A stretch of DNA of 64,000 nt from the sequence record PQ066597.1; one strand, written 5' to 3'. Under the pieces are notes generated by a model that had not been told where the DNA came from, searched no databases, and worked only from the letters and a program-made list of their open reading frames with translations. Of the stretch, positions 38,001 through 47,535 are shown in pieces (position 1 is the stretch's first letter; the number at the start of each line of letters is the position of its first letter). Both the position numbers and the translations under genes were made by a program.

Positions 38001-38772
38001 CGTTTACGGTTGTCTTTGTTACGGGGTTATTACCATCAAGATCATATGTGGTAATAGTATCACCGTTTCTGGCGTATTTTGGTAGTTGGATCTTAATTCC
38101 ACCAGTATATCTGGTTTCTCTCATCAACTGGTCACCAACAATGGATTTATAATATCCACCGGCTGGGTACGACTTGTTGCTGATAAATGATTTGTTTACA
38201 TCACCAGCGTATTCAGTTTGAACAAACCATTCGCTACCATTCAAAATGAAGTAGTTGGATGAATTTTTGGCTGTGATCTTATAAGAAGCCAAACCGGAAA
38301 TAGTTCTTCCATTACCAGAAACATCTATGGTATAATCGTGAAGATTAGAACCATTATCTCTGATAACAATAACGTCCCCATTAAGAGCATTAGTTGGTAA
38401 GGTAAATGTTACGTCGCTACTTATGGTCTGTGCCAATATGTGATCGCCAGCAGAAAGATTCGTCAACGCTGGTGCATTAGTCGTAACCAGCTTCCAACTT
38501 GGGTCTGTACGTACTGGTTTCCATTTTACCGGGTTGAATGCCTCGGGTGAGGTTATATCAACTTGGCTTAGGTATATTCGGTTATCATAGATAACAGCAA
38601 AGTTTTTGTCGTATGTTCTAGTTGCGTCATATAGTTGGATTGTGTTTTCTTGTACAAAGAAATCGACACTCACACCATCCATCTTTGAGTTAATATCGGG
38701 ATAACCGACGTTAACTATTTTTTGACCGGCGGCATCTAAGCCGTCGGTAACGCGAAACGGAATTGAAGACAT
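35080..38772 (-). CDS. 34: long tail fibre proximal subunit gp34
   Basis: FRVTDGLDAAGQKIVNV N-terminus, WKPVRTDPSW, repeated AT.T..G...ATQ.EV units. Confidence 0.95.
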   Translation of the reverse strand: MSSIPFRVTDGLDAAGQKIVNVGYPDINSKMDGVSVDFFVQENTIQLYDATRTYDKNFAVIYDNRIYLSQVDITSPEAFNPVKWKPVRTDPSWKLVTTNAPALTNLSAGDHILAQTISSDVTFTLPTNALNGDVIVIRDNGSNLHDYTIDVSGNGRTISGLASYKITAKNSSNYFILNGSEWFVQTEYAGDVNKSFISNKSYPAGGYYKSIVGDQLMRETRYTGGIKIQLPKYARNGDTITTYDLDGNNPVTKTTVNVHPGSSHNIIVEYGSTPMKTVVFDSTDWGMFVFDSSLNAWRVFDADNLSRWKSVKTSTYLGQPNDRLVVYTETPSTVNITFPRDAARGDSFFIDTRYMKRGSTLTLNIDASSTNDFFVPDGNTLMNPRISAYRDFLANMESKTVKTQSFDIQNRGEQWEFVYFTNALGSGKDVWSVVTMSEIPYRVDRNVPEFYGMAAIASQSSVNKNKEEITTGQNPDCEDFVTAETLANKTASTVRRGITRYASNSESKAVSGNLSDEAWSGVAISPFLLNDRLSTTTMRGLLKVATQSQANAQSGSGENWAQVAVTPSTLNGRVATESMTGLSALVSANGTKPTTRTTPGTGVYDYNDHSKVITPKTLFEKNATEFSQGMVYIANQGEVNTGTADTATGALVVTATTLEGRQATASLTGLSRAATAAEVLSNTPPAGDNVHVSAKGLVSRTATETRWGLSETATQAEVDAGTLHDKWFVTPKTFGNWLARERLTVFDTSGLRTVGNIWEGQSFNIVIPTESQRGTARIATQNEVNDMTGTANDEIIVTPKKLSARLATTTQTGLSQIATQSEVDTGTNNTKYLTPLTALTSSRNSAGYRMTDTRYGVGITAILSNNNSANSVFEGNDILGSTRALTGYAHGDVLVSPRGLNTALANFLPLKAVAVSASAMEVGGNRIPSTDWVRRTIAQTITGEMTFTANPSIEKIRPYFYLNETSTTSHVSMIQWKRQGSNAFLDLGVNTIDGPLILNAMDENSRYYRIFTVERDGNAIFTNQVQNGGQNPTSGNHLVRFAYAEERYVRGPGNFAETITGNKTFVNTTYFKNSGVQNIWMGNTSKSGITINANESLNIGSLGGLQIRPNGLSSPSNTSSFESNGDLKVNAQVKIGSALPIDPDDAIRKDYLDSVIDDMNTTSGSRVFKGGDTMTGELIINSVKALTVNGDSNLNGTTTVNKLRIAVGNGEFLEIRANPTTKSVDFVWIS

Positions 38773-38811
38773 TTACAAGATCCTCTTGTGTTAGAATTAG
38801 TTATCATATAT

Positions 38812-38818
38812 TATTTAG
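38812..38818 (-). promoter_or_regulatory. late promoter CTAAATA for gene 34
   Basis: 40 nt upstream of the start. Confidence 0.7.
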
Positions 38819-38830
38819 GGAGATTAACAG

Positions 38831-39766
38831 ATGTCATTATTTGACAATCCAGATCTTGGGCTAACTGGCGAACCCAATATTCAACTAATAGATTATAGCC
38901 AAATAGTAATTTCAAATTTGATGTATTACTTCAAACCGGAAGATATCATCACTCCAAAAATCATTCGTAATATCATCATCGATGCATTGCGTTCTCATGT
39001 ATTGAAAAACAAAAATGATTATCCAAATATCATTATTGCAATAGATTCCGTTGATGGATATTGGCGACGGGATGTAGCTCCGTATTATAAAAAGAGTCGG
39101 ATCGCCAAAAAAGAAGAAAGCGGTTACGATTGGAAAGCTATTGGTGAAGCAATGACCGAAGTTCGGAAAGAAATTGCACAACACCTTCCATATAAGACTA
39201 TTTATGTTCCGGGCGCAGAAGCGGATGATATTTTTGGTGTTTTGATAAAATACTTCAAAGAAAAAGACCCTGATGTTAAGATACACATAACGTCAGCAGA
39301 TGGAGACTTTACCCAACTTCAAAAATGGAAAGGTGTTCGTCAATGGAATCCAATGCATAAGAAATGGGTTAAACCTGAACATGGCAGCGCTCAACGGGAT
39401 CTCCTTTATAAAATTGTAAAGGGTGATACCAAGGACTCTATCGCAAATATCTACTCTCCGTCAGATCTTATTTATAAGAATAGTCTTCTGGAAAAAGAAG
39501 ACCGAGTGAGACAGAAGTCAATTCGAAAAGAATTGTTGGCAAGTGTATTTACTGCCAAGGAACCAAAATCACTTTTTGAAGGTGATGTATTGGCAAGATT
39601 TGAAGAAAATGAAAAATTAATTGATTTTAACTTCATACCAGATGATATTTCTGCTAAAATACTATCAGAATATCATTCTTTCAAAGTTCCAGCTCGTGGT
39701 AAAATCACAAATTACTTTATCTCTTCTGGTATGTCAGAAATGATCGGAAAAGAATCTGAATTTTAA
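38831..39766 (+). CDS. rnh: RNase H / 5'-3' flap exonuclease
   Basis: LIDYSQI, YWRRD..PYYK, EADDI, SADGDFTQL, KGDTKDSI. Confidence 0.95.
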   Translation: MSLFDNPDLGLTGEPNIQLIDYSQIVISNLMYYFKPEDIITPKIIRNIIIDALRSHVLKNKNDYPNIIIAIDSVDGYWRRDVAPYYKKSRIAKKEESGYDWKAIGEAMTEVRKEIAQHLPYKTIYVPGAEADDIFGVLIKYFKEKDPDVKIHITSADGDFTQLQKWKGVRQWNPMHKKWVKPEHGSAQRDLLYKIVKGDTKDSIANIYSPSDLIYKNSLLEKEDRVRQKSIRKELLASVFTAKEPKSLFEGDVLARFEENEKLIDFNFIPDDISAKILSEYHSFKVPARGKITNYFISSGMSEMIGKESEF

Positions 39767-39781
39767 TTGAGGAAATATAAT

Positions 39782-40105
39782 ATGGCTCGTGAAGCAAAAG
39801 AAAAACCTATTTTTAATATCCATTCTTCTAAGCAAGAACTTATTCAACTAGTAAAAACTTGCTATGAACATCACACCAAGATCTCTATCGAGAAGGAAGG
39901 TATCAAAGCCGCTAAAGATGCAGCAAAGGCTATGGGTGTGGACGGTAAGCGTTTCAATAAGGTTCTGAAAATGTATCTTGATCAGAACCGCGACGAAGTA
40001 GAACAAGAAAACGAAGAAGCAATCGACCTCTTTGATACTCTGTTCGTTAATGGTATGAAACAACAAACTCACGACTTCGATGATGAAGTTGGAGAAGATG
40101 AATAA
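39782..40105 (+). CDS. dsbA: dsDNA-binding protein DsbA
   Basis: Position between rnh and 33; GVDGKRFNKVLKMY. Confidence 0.85.
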   Translation: MAREAKEKPIFNIHSSKQELIQLVKTCYEHHTKISIEKEGIKAAKDAAKAMGVDGKRFNKVLKMYLDQNRDEVEQENEEAIDLFDTLFVNGMKQQTHDFDDEVGEDE

Positions 40106-40344
40106 TGGCTACAGAAAACGATAAGATTGAATTCTCTAAGAGAGTTGAAGAACTAGCAGAGGCTCAAGGTTTGAGCCTACTAACAGCCTGTTTTGAAGTG
40201 GCTGACGAACAATCGGTGGAAGAGGATCAGATTCATTCTCATATCCACCCAGTTTTAAAAGAGAAAATTCGAATGGAAGCTATCAGCAATCGTGTACTTC
40301 GAGTTGAACAAGAAAATAACTTGGACTTTCTATTTAACCAATGA
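40105..40344 (+). CDS. 33: late transcription coactivator gp33
   Basis: LKEKIRMEAI...LR and C-terminal LDFLF clamp motif. Confidence 0.9.
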   Translation: MATENDKIEFSKRVEELAEAQGLSLLTACFEVADEQSVEEDQIHSHIHPVLKEKIRMEAISNRVLRVEQENNLDFLFNQ

Positions 40345-41006
40345 TTAAACTAATTCTCCCTCCAAAACCAATGATTACGATTGATGGGAGAAGCTGTTAT
40401 CGCCTTTATAGGTCTTTAAAGACCCAATTTTCTAACCCTAAATATCAGGTGGTTAAAGGTGGTGATTGGAAACTCCTAAATACATCGGAAGCAACCTATA
40501 ATAAAATGGCGCGAAAGCACATTTACGAACGGTTAGCGAAGAAATATAATCTGGGCACTCTATGTGGTATAATGATCACAAACCTGTGTTCTAATCCGGA
40601 TATGTGGGGTGGTGAATTCGGTGGTGAAGACGCCCACGATCATTACTTAAAAACTACCGGTAAATATGAGAGAATGAGCATAGTCTTTAAGAAAGAAATT
40701 CAAGACTTACTCAGGAAATCAAAATCAAAAGGTGTATCGTTCCGTGATATGATACTACCGACTGATGGTCAACCTTGGTTATTTAAATACGTACAACAAG
40801 ACGTTATTAGCTATGAAACGATGTTGCTTTTGGATTCATTATTCAATTTCATTGATTCATATGATAAATTAAACGACCATGTTTGGCAGAACGGTTATTC
40901 TAGCCGTATCAAAGCTTATCGTAGCTTAGTTAAAATAGATAAAGAAAAAGTAAGAAAGCATTTCAAAAAAATAATCGAAGATTACAAAGAACTAAACAAT
41001 ATCTAA
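40341..41006 (+). CDS. 59: helicase loader gp59
   Basis: MIKLILPP...IDGRSCYRLY, ISYETMLLLDS. Confidence 0.93.
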   Translation: MIKLILPPKPMITIDGRSCYRLYRSLKTQFSNPKYQVVKGGDWKLLNTSEATYNKMARKHIYERLAKKYNLGTLCGIMITNLCSNPDMWGGEFGGEDAHDHYLKTTGKYERMSIVFKKEIQDLLRKSKSKGVSFRDMILPTDGQPWLFKYVQQDVISYETMLLLDSLFNFIDSYDKLNDHVWQNGYSSRIKAYRSLVKIDKEKVRKHFKKIIEDYKELNNI

Positions 41007-41030
41007 AATAATCCAAAGGAAAAATAAAAT

Positions 41031-42002
41031 ATGTCTACTGCATTTGTTCGTCGTAAAAAAGACCCGTCCGCCCTGCAAGCTCAACTGGAAGCTGTATCTA
41101 ACAAAGGTGGTTTCCAACAAGACCTGACTGAATGGAAACTGACTGTTGATAAGAAGACCAAAGAAGGCTCCGCTATCATTCGTTTCCTGCAACCTAGTGA
41201 TCTGGAAGGTATGGAAGATTGGCCCACCATCGTGACCATCTCTAACCACTTTGTAGAGCGCGGTGGTAAGTACTACGTAGAAAACTGTACCGGTGGTACT
41301 CACAAGAATTACGATGGCTGCCCTGTGTGTCAATGGCGCAATGCTCAAGGTTGGGACTGGTCTAGCGAAGCTGATAAGAAAGCTGCTCGTGAAACTGGAA
41401 CCAGTATCAATACCAACTACTGGGCTAACATCATGGTCATCAAAGACCCGGCTAACCCGGATAATGAAGGTAAAGTATTCAAATACCGTTTTGGTGTTAC
41501 CATCCTGAAAATGATTCAAGCCGCTGCCGCTGGTGATGAGGAAATGGGTGAAGCCAAGGTTACAGTTACTGACCTTGACGAAGGTGCTAACTTCCTGCTC
41601 CGTTCTACCAAGAAAAACGAGAAGAATGCCACTCTGGAAACTTCCAAGTTCCAACCAGTAAGCCCGCTTCCGGGTATCGAAAAGCCGGAAGTTCAGAAGG
41701 CAATTTTGGAAGGTATGCAAGATCTGCGTAAGATTGTAGCACCTGACCAATTCAAGCCTTATGATGAACTCAAGAAGAAGTTTGATACTATTATGGGTGT
41801 TCGTGGTTCTACTGCTTCTGCAAAGAAAGCTGATCAAGAACTCGATTCATTCGAAGCGGATATGAAAAACTTCGAAGCAAGCACCACTTCCAAACCGGAA
41901 GTAAAGAAAGATGATACCGACGAACTGGCTAAAGCTGTGTCAGAAAGTGTAGGTTCCTCTGATGGTGATGACGACCTCGACGCTCTGTTGGCTGGTCTGT
42001 AA
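41031..42002 (+). CDS. 32: ssDNA-binding protein gp32
   Basis: GSAIIRFL, YVENC...CPVC zinc site, YWANIMVIKDPANPDNEGKVFKYRFG, acidic tail. Confidence 0.97.
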   Translation: MSTAFVRRKKDPSALQAQLEAVSNKGGFQQDLTEWKLTVDKKTKEGSAIIRFLQPSDLEGMEDWPTIVTISNHFVERGGKYYVENCTGGTHKNYDGCPVCQWRNAQGWDWSSEADKKAARETGTSINTNYWANIMVIKDPANPDNEGKVFKYRFGVTILKMIQAAAAGDEEMGEAKVTVTDLDEGANFLLRSTKKNEKNATLETSKFQPVSPLPGIEKPEVQKAILEGMQDLRKIVAPDQFKPYDELKKKFDTIMGVRGSTASAKKADQELDSFEADMKNFEASTTSKPEVKKDDTDELAKAVSESVGSSDGDDDLDALLAGL

Positions 42003-42008
42003 GAATTC

Positions 42009-42035
42009 AAAAAGAGACCTTCGGGTCTCTTTTTT
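42009..42035 (+). terminator. terminator after gene 32
   Basis: AAAGAGACC-TTCG-GGTCTCTTTTTT. Confidence 0.9.
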
Positions 42036-42092
42036 AGTTTACAACGTATGAAATTTTGTGATAGAATGATTCAAAACATAATGAGGTTTAAA

Positions 42093-42695
42093 ATGAAAAG
42101 TGTATTCTTAACAGACATTGATGGTGTATGTGTTTCTTGGCAAAGTAATCTACCGTTCTTTGCAGCAGAGCATAACCTACCGACTGACGTAATTATCGAG
42201 ATGATTATGGACGAGAAGTTTAGACCGATGAGTGAGATTTTTAATTGCTCCCCTGCATTTGGTGACCAGCTTCTCAGGAAATACAATGAAAGTAAGTGGA
42301 TTCGTGGTCTCAAACCTTATAACGACGCACTAAAATTCATCAACGAAAATAAAGATGAATTCGATTTCGTTGGTATTACTGCTTTGGGAACTAAGTTTGA
42401 AGTTGCTGCAAACCGGATGTCAAACCTGAACGTATTGTTTCCCGGTGCGTTTCGCGAAGTTCTGATCTGCGATCACAACGAAAGTAAAGAGAAACTGTTT
42501 GAAGAGGCGTTTCAACACTATGGAAACCGGATAGTAACTTATGTGGATGATCTACCTCATCACTGTGATATGGCTCGTAAGGTGCTAAATGACCGTTGTG
42601 GACTCAATATTCCAGTTTATGAAATGAACCGTCGTAATAGCGACAAATCCGAATTCGTAGTTAACGATTTTAGTCAACTAGTAGGTAAAATTTAA
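42093..42695 (+). CDS. 30.2: HAD-family gp30.2-like protein
   Basis: FLTDIDGVCVSWQSNLPFF, YVDD. Confidence 0.85.
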   Translation: MKSVFLTDIDGVCVSWQSNLPFFAAEHNLPTDVIIEMIMDEKFRPMSEIFNCSPAFGDQLLRKYNESKWIRGLKPYNDALKFINENKDEFDFVGITALGTKFEVAANRMSNLNVLFPGAFREVLICDHNESKEKLFEEAFQHYGNRIVTYVDDLPHHCDMARKVLNDRCGLNIPVYEMNRRNSDKSEFVVNDFSQLVGKI

Positions 42696-43156
42696 TGCAA
42701 TATGAAGTAATTTGTGATGAAACAAATAATCCGATGTTAAATATTAAATCTCCGGTTCCAACCTATTCTGTACCTCGCCGGGGGTACGTTTTTGTACATC
42801 GTGGGATCTCTGGTATCTATGCTGGTATTCAGCTTGCACATGCACTCGCACGACTTGTACATGATCAATACGCAAATACTGATATGATTGAGTGGATCCA
42901 AAACCACGAAACTCTGGTTGCTCTGGATGGTGGTAATTCCGATAACATGAACCAGATTATGGGGATTTTGTATGGTGCTGACAATGTGTTTGCATCATTT
43001 AACGAACCAGATATGAACAATATGGTTACTGCAATTGCATATGTTCCCTCTGAGGATGAAATGTTGGATATTGAATTCTATAAAAATAACAAGGAATTGG
43101 TCCCAACAAACCCAGTAATCGATCTCCTTATTAAAACTCGTACTCATAAAGGTTGA
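42695..43156 (+). CDS. peptidyl-tRNA hydrolase type 2 (PTH2)-like protein
   Basis: YVFVHRGI...IQLAHA...W...TLVAL...FNEPDMNNMVTAIA. Confidence 0.7.
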   Translation: MQYEVICDETNNPMLNIKSPVPTYSVPRRGYVFVHRGISGIYAGIQLAHALARLVHDQYANTDMIEWIQNHETLVALDGGNSDNMNQIMGILYGADNVFASFNEPDMNNMVTAIAYVPSEDEMLDIEFYKNNKELVPTNPVIDLLIKTRTHKG

Positions 43157-43159
43157 TAT

Positions 43160-44713
43160 ATGATTCTTGATATTCTGAACGAAATTAATACCGCCCGTGG
43201 TAGAGCAAAACTGGAAGTTTTGAAATCACATGTAGATAACGAACTTCTCTCCCGAGTATGTCTGATGACATACAGTAAGCAGATTACCTTTGGTATCAGC
43301 AAAAAGACATTCCCGGTTGTGTCATCCCATACCGGGGAATGCAGTCTTGAAAAAGCTCTAACTTTCATGATGGAAAAATTCGCAACTCGGGTCTTTACTG
43401 GTGGAGATGCTATCAGTAGACTTTCTGAAATTCTCAGTCAATTGTCTGAATCTGATTCGGAAGTGGTTAAAAGGATCATGTTTGGTGATCTAGATGTCGG
43501 TATTAACGTATCCACTATCAACAAGGTATGGAAAGGTCTGGTTAAAGAACAACCTCAGATGCTGAGTAGTCCAGAAGATCAAAAACTGATTGATAAAATT
43601 CTCAAACTTGGTAATGCATATGCAGAACTTAAGGCTGACGGGGCTCGTGGATTTGGTGATGTGACTGGATTGTCAACTGATGATGGTGTACATTTCTTTA
43701 CCCGTAGTTCAAACGAATATTTGGGTCTTAATCGCATTTTGAGAGCGATTGATAAGATGCAGTGTATTGGGTGGGTGTTGGACGGGGAATTCGTTGTACG
43801 AGCATCTGATGAGCCAGAAATCGATGTTATGGCAGCCCTTATGGGTGATGTTGAAGAAGTTGAACTGTCGAAAAGTAAAAAGTACGATAAAACTGTGTTT
43901 GACCGTGAATCTGGTAATGGGATCATGAATACATCCCTTAAAAACAGTATCACCCCGGAAGACTCAGAACGTGTTGTTTATCAGGTATGGGATATTGTAC
44001 CCCGTGATGTGTATTATGGTTTGGTTCCTTGCCCCCCAGAATTGACCCAACAGAAACGACGTAAAATTTTGATTGACTTTTTGTCTAAGTTGGATGATGA
44101 TTGTATCCAGATCATTGAGTCTACCCCTGTTAAAACCCTTGCTGATGTACGCCGCGTGTATCAGGGTTATGTACAGGATGGATACGAAGGTATCATTCTT
44201 AAACACGGCGATTCTTTGTGGGAAAATAAGCGTAGTAAACTGTTTGTTAAGTTCAAGGAAAAATACCCGTTTGACCTTCGAATCATTGAGGTTTACCCCC
44301 ATGACAAAGACCCTAACAAGGTTGGTGGATTTGTCATGGTTTCCGAATGTGGTACTATCAAGACAAACGGCGGCAGTGGTCTTACCGATACAACCCATAA
44401 AAAATCATATAGTTCGGTTGACATTTTTAATCATCCAGAACTAGAGAGATTCGAAGATAAGGGTGGACAATTTATCGAAATCTATATCCCGTTGGAAGAA
44501 CGTGGTGAACTAGACCGTGAAAAATTGATGCAGATGTACCGCGACGGGGAACTTGATGATATGATTGTTGAGTGTGAAGTTAACGCACCAACCACATCAA
44601 AAACCCGGAAAGCTGGTGATCCAGAGTATAGTTTCTTCTTGCCTATCATCAAGAAACTGAGATGGGATAAGAACACCGCAAACCGCTACGAAGATGTTTT
44701 TGTTGTCAGTTGA
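43160..44713 (+). CDS. 30: ATP-dependent DNA ligase gp30
   Basis: ELKADGAR, LDGEF, YQVWD, EGIILK, KRSKLFVKFK. Confidence 0.97.
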   Translation: MILDILNEINTARGRAKLEVLKSHVDNELLSRVCLMTYSKQITFGISKKTFPVVSSHTGECSLEKALTFMMEKFATRVFTGGDAISRLSEILSQLSESDSEVVKRIMFGDLDVGINVSTINKVWKGLVKEQPQMLSSPEDQKLIDKILKLGNAYAELKADGARGFGDVTGLSTDDGVHFFTRSSNEYLGLNRILRAIDKMQCIGWVLDGEFVVRASDEPEIDVMAALMGDVEEVELSKSKKYDKTVFDRESGNGIMNTSLKNSITPEDSERVVYQVWDIVPRDVYYGLVPCPPELTQQKRRKILIDFLSKLDDDCIQIIESTPVKTLADVRRVYQGYVQDGYEGIILKHGDSLWENKRSKLFVKFKEKYPFDLRIIEVYPHDKDPNKVGGFVMVSECGTIKTNGGSGLTDTTHKKSYSSVDIFNHPELERFEDKGGQFIEIYIPLEERGELDREKLMQMYRDGELDDMIVECEVNAPTTSKTRKAGDPEYSFFLPIIKKLRWDKNTANRYEDVFVVS

Positions 44714-44743
44714 CAAAAATGTGCAGGGGGAGTAAAATCCCCC
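44710..44743 (+). promoter_or_regulatory. sigma70-type early promoter with its -10 inside a palindrome
   Basis: TTGACA - 17 nt - TAAAAT; GGGGGA-GTAAAA-TCCCCC at 44726-44743. Confidence 0.75.
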
Positions 44744-44767
44744 ATACAATCAAAAGAGGAATACATT

Positions 44768-44944
44768 ATGAAAGGTTATATCTCATACATGGGTAAAGTT
44801 GTTGATGTAGAGCTTGACGAAAATGGTAACATCGATTTTGAATCTATGGGGATCCCAATCGTCGGAGTTTTACCGACTGCGTTTAACAAAAACACGTTTG
44901 TTGATGCATATGGTAATGTCCTTCATTTCAACGTACATCGGTAA
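44768..44944 (+). CDS. unannotated 58-aa early ORF
   Basis: MKGYISYMGKVVDVELDENGNIDF...; SD AGAGGA; below the ORF-track cutoff. Confidence 0.7.
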   Translation: MKGYISYMGKVVDVELDENGNIDFESMGIPIVGVLPTAFNKNTFVDAYGNVLHFNVHR

Positions 44945-44953
44945 GGGATTTTT

Positions 44954-45574
44954 ATGACTCGTAAATTTAAATTCAAAGACGAAGAATCATTTAACAATTT
45001 CATCAGTAAACATCCTTATCTCAAAGGGATTTTGTTCTGGTTTCGAGAATTTGAAGTAGATTATGACGAGGACTTTGGTAGGATCTATAATATCCAAGAC
45101 GTTTTTGGAGATTGGCATACCACCCAGTTCGGTTCACCTTTTTTCTCTTATGGTGATATTAAATCGTCCCTTATCGAAATTTATGATTGTGAATATCGTA
45201 ATAAGTATGGTATGACCAGAGAAGAATACTGGGATGAGGTAATGCGCCGTCGTCAACCGGAATATTGTGAGCTTGACCGCCTTAATATGATTGGGTCTTA
45301 TTTCTTCCATGAAGAAGAATACAAAGACTCGCATTATGGTGGTAAACTGTCTGTATTCCTTAGTGAGGCAAAACGACCTTACGGAAACAAAGATATTCAA
45401 CAGTCTATCGCATATACTTTGGGATGGGATTGGGGTCGCGAACTTTGTTACGATATGAAGGGGTTGCCAGATAATGTCAAAGAAGCAGCTACACAATTAC
45501 ATAAAAAATTGATAGCACAAGTTAGAGAGAAGGAAAATAATGAGGAACGAGAGCGAAATAACACTAACAAATAG
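44954..45574 (+). CDS. hypothetical protein
   Basis: 206-aa ORF with SD AAGGG. Confidence 0.7.
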   Translation: MTRKFKFKDEESFNNFISKHPYLKGILFWFREFEVDYDEDFGRIYNIQDVFGDWHTTQFGSPFFSYGDIKSSLIEIYDCEYRNKYGMTREEYWDEVMRRRQPEYCELDRLNMIGSYFFHEEEYKDSHYGGKLSVFLSEAKRPYGNKDIQQSIAYTLGWDWGRELCYDMKGLPDNVKEAATQLHKKLIAQVREKENNEERERNNTNK

Positions 45575-46844
45575 TCAACAAATGGCGGTAGATGCGGTTC
45601 GATCTGGGACTGGTCATATTACGATATCCGGTCCTCCCGGTAGTGGTAAAACATTCTTGGTAAAATATATTATCAAAATGCTTGGTGACGAATTGGGTAC
45701 GGTTCTTGCTGCCCCCACACACCAAGCTAAAATCGTTCTAACTGAGATGTCAGGTATTGAGGCTTGCACAATCCATAGCCTAATGAAAATCCACCCAGAA
45801 ACACTTGAAGATATTCAGATCTTCGACCAAAGTAAAATGCCAGACCTTAGCACGGTTCGATATCTCATTATCGAAGAAGCGTCTATGCATTCAAAAACCT
45901 TGTTTAATATTACGATGAAATCTATTCCTCCTACTTGTCGTATTATTGCCATAGGTGATAAAGACCAGATTCAACCAGTAGATCACGCACCGGGCGAATT
46001 GAGTCCGTATTTTACAGATAGTCGATTTACTCAAATCCGAATGACTGATATTATGCGTCAATCTCTGGATAACCCGATTATTCAGGTAGCAACAACTATC
46101 AGGGAAGGTGGATGGATTTATCAGAACTGGAACAAAGAGAAAAAGTCTGGTGTGTATAAAGTCAAAAGTATCACAGACCTGATCAACTCATATCTCCGAG
46201 TTGTGAAAACTCCGGACGACCTAACCAAATACAGGTTCTTGGCATTTACAAACAAGGTCGTTGATAAAGTCAACTCGATTGTCCGAAAACACGTATACAA
46301 AACAGATCTACCATTCATCGAAGGTGAGAAGCTTGTTTTACAAGAGCCGGTTATGGTTGAATACGACGATGATACGATAGAAACAATCTTCACTAATGGT
46401 GAGGTAGTAACTGTTGATGAAATCGAAGTGTCTGATATGAACATTCGTATTGATGGATCCCCTGCATTTTCTATTTCAGTTGCCAAGCTTAAGGTAACAT
46501 CAGATTTTTCTGGTGTGACCCATGACATTATGTCTGTATATGGCGAAGACTCAAAAGCCGAGTTTAATTACCAACTCAGTGAGGCAGCGGCAGTTATCAA
46601 ACAAATGCAACGTGGACAAACTAAGGCGGCGTGGGCTTCGTTCTGGGATGCTAAAAAGACATTTACAGAAACGAAATCTCTTGGTGCATGTACCATTCAT
46701 AAGAGCCAAGGATCTACTGTAAAGGGTGTCTGGCTTGGGTTGCATGATATCAGTTATGCTGATACCGACCTACAGCAACAGCTTGTTTATGTTGGCGTGA
46801 CCCGCCCAACAGATTTCTGTTTGTACTTCGATGGCTCTAAATAA
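45540..46844 (+). CDS. dda: SF1B helicase Dda
   Basis: GPPGSGKT, LAAPTHQA, IEEASM, GDKDQIQPV, TIHKSQGST, YVGVTR. Confidence 0.96.
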   Translation: MRNESEITLTNSQQMAVDAVRSGTGHITISGPPGSGKTFLVKYIIKMLGDELGTVLAAPTHQAKIVLTEMSGIEACTIHSLMKIHPETLEDIQIFDQSKMPDLSTVRYLIIEEASMHSKTLFNITMKSIPPTCRIIAIGDKDQIQPVDHAPGELSPYFTDSRFTQIRMTDIMRQSLDNPIIQVATTIREGGWIYQNWNKEKKSGVYKVKSITDLINSYLRVVKTPDDLTKYRFLAFTNKVVDKVNSIVRKHVYKTDLPFIEGEKLVLQEPVMVEYDDDTIETIFTNGEVVTVDEIEVSDMNIRIDGSPAFSISVAKLKVTSDFSGVTHDIMSVYGEDSKAEFNYQLSEAAAVIKQMQRGQTKAAWASFWDAKKTFTETKSLGACTIHKSQGSTVKGVWLGLHDISYADTDLQQQLVYVGVTRPTDFCLYFDGSK

Positions 46845-46885
46845 AGGAAAGGGGGGATTCCCCCTTACTTGAAAGGAATATGAAA

Positions 46886-47059
46886 ATGAAATGTATCATT
46901 TGTAAACAAAAAATTGAATCGCATCAAACCACTGTAGATACTCCCCATGGTACTCTCCATTATCAAGGGTGTTATGCATACTACAAAGACCAATTTGAAA
47001 ACTCTAAACTAAACGAATCGGATTTGAGTTCTAAAATTGAAGAGGTGCAACTGCTGTAA
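46886..47059 (+). CDS. uvsY.-2: UvsY.-2-like small zinc-binding protein
   Basis: CIICKQKI...HGTLHYQGC...EEVQLL; not in the ORF track; CTAAATA at 46837-46843. Confidence 0.8.
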   Translation: MKCIICKQKIESHQTTVDTPHGTLHYQGCYAYYKDQFENSKLNESDLSSKIEEVQLL

Positions 47060-47475
47060 TGGATCACTCATTGGAAAGCTTACAAGCAGAATTGGAAAAA
47101 GACCTTATTATCGACCGTGGTAATATTCAAAATTCCGCTATGGACAATCCAGTAATCTATGGGAAATGGATCCGGTACAAAGCAGACCTAAGTCGTCAGC
47201 GTATTGGTATTCATTCTTCGCATGTTGTTATCCTGAAAGATAGTCTAATGCACAATACTGGACGTGGTGATGATATATGCGAGTTCGATTTCAGTGCAAC
47301 TGAATTAAAAACCATCATCCCAGCGGACGATAAAGTTCTTTTGTCATCAAAAAAACTGGATTATCTGGATCTGATGATTAAGTTTTGTGATGGTGCAATC
47401 GAATCTATCCGACAACGTGGATTTAGTATTAGAGCGATTGTTGACCACCAAGCCCTTATGGTTGGTGTAAAGTAA
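47059..47475 (+). CDS. uvsY: recombination mediator UvsY
   Basis: LESLQAELEKDL.ID...YGKW...IRQRGFSI. Confidence 0.9.
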   Translation: MDHSLESLQAELEKDLIIDRGNIQNSAMDNPVIYGKWIRYKADLSRQRIGIHSSHVVILKDSLMHNTGRGDDICEFDFSATELKTIIPADDKVLLSSKKLDYLDLMIKFCDGAIESIRQRGFSIRAIVDHQALMVGVK

Positions 47476-47478
47476 AGT

Positions 47479-47513
47479 AAAATCCCAAGTGAATCAATCA
47501 CTTGGGATTTTTT
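47479..47513 (+). terminator. terminator after uvsY
   Basis: AAAATCCCAAGTGA-ATCAA-TCACTTGGGATTTT then TT. Confidence 0.85.
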
Positions 47514-47535
47514 GCATTTATTTTTCAAAAATCGC

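Noticed and set aside
41007-41030. Gene 32 autoregulatory pseudoknot
   Set aside because: The leader is A-rich and unstructured as expected, but I could not identify a pseudoknot by eye.
40992-41837. 281-aa minus-strand ORF opposite gene 32
   Set aside because: Same shadow effect; other long antisense ORFs (3051-3710, 9300-9926, 19016-19876, 51380-52270, 52685-53398) were rejected for the same reason.
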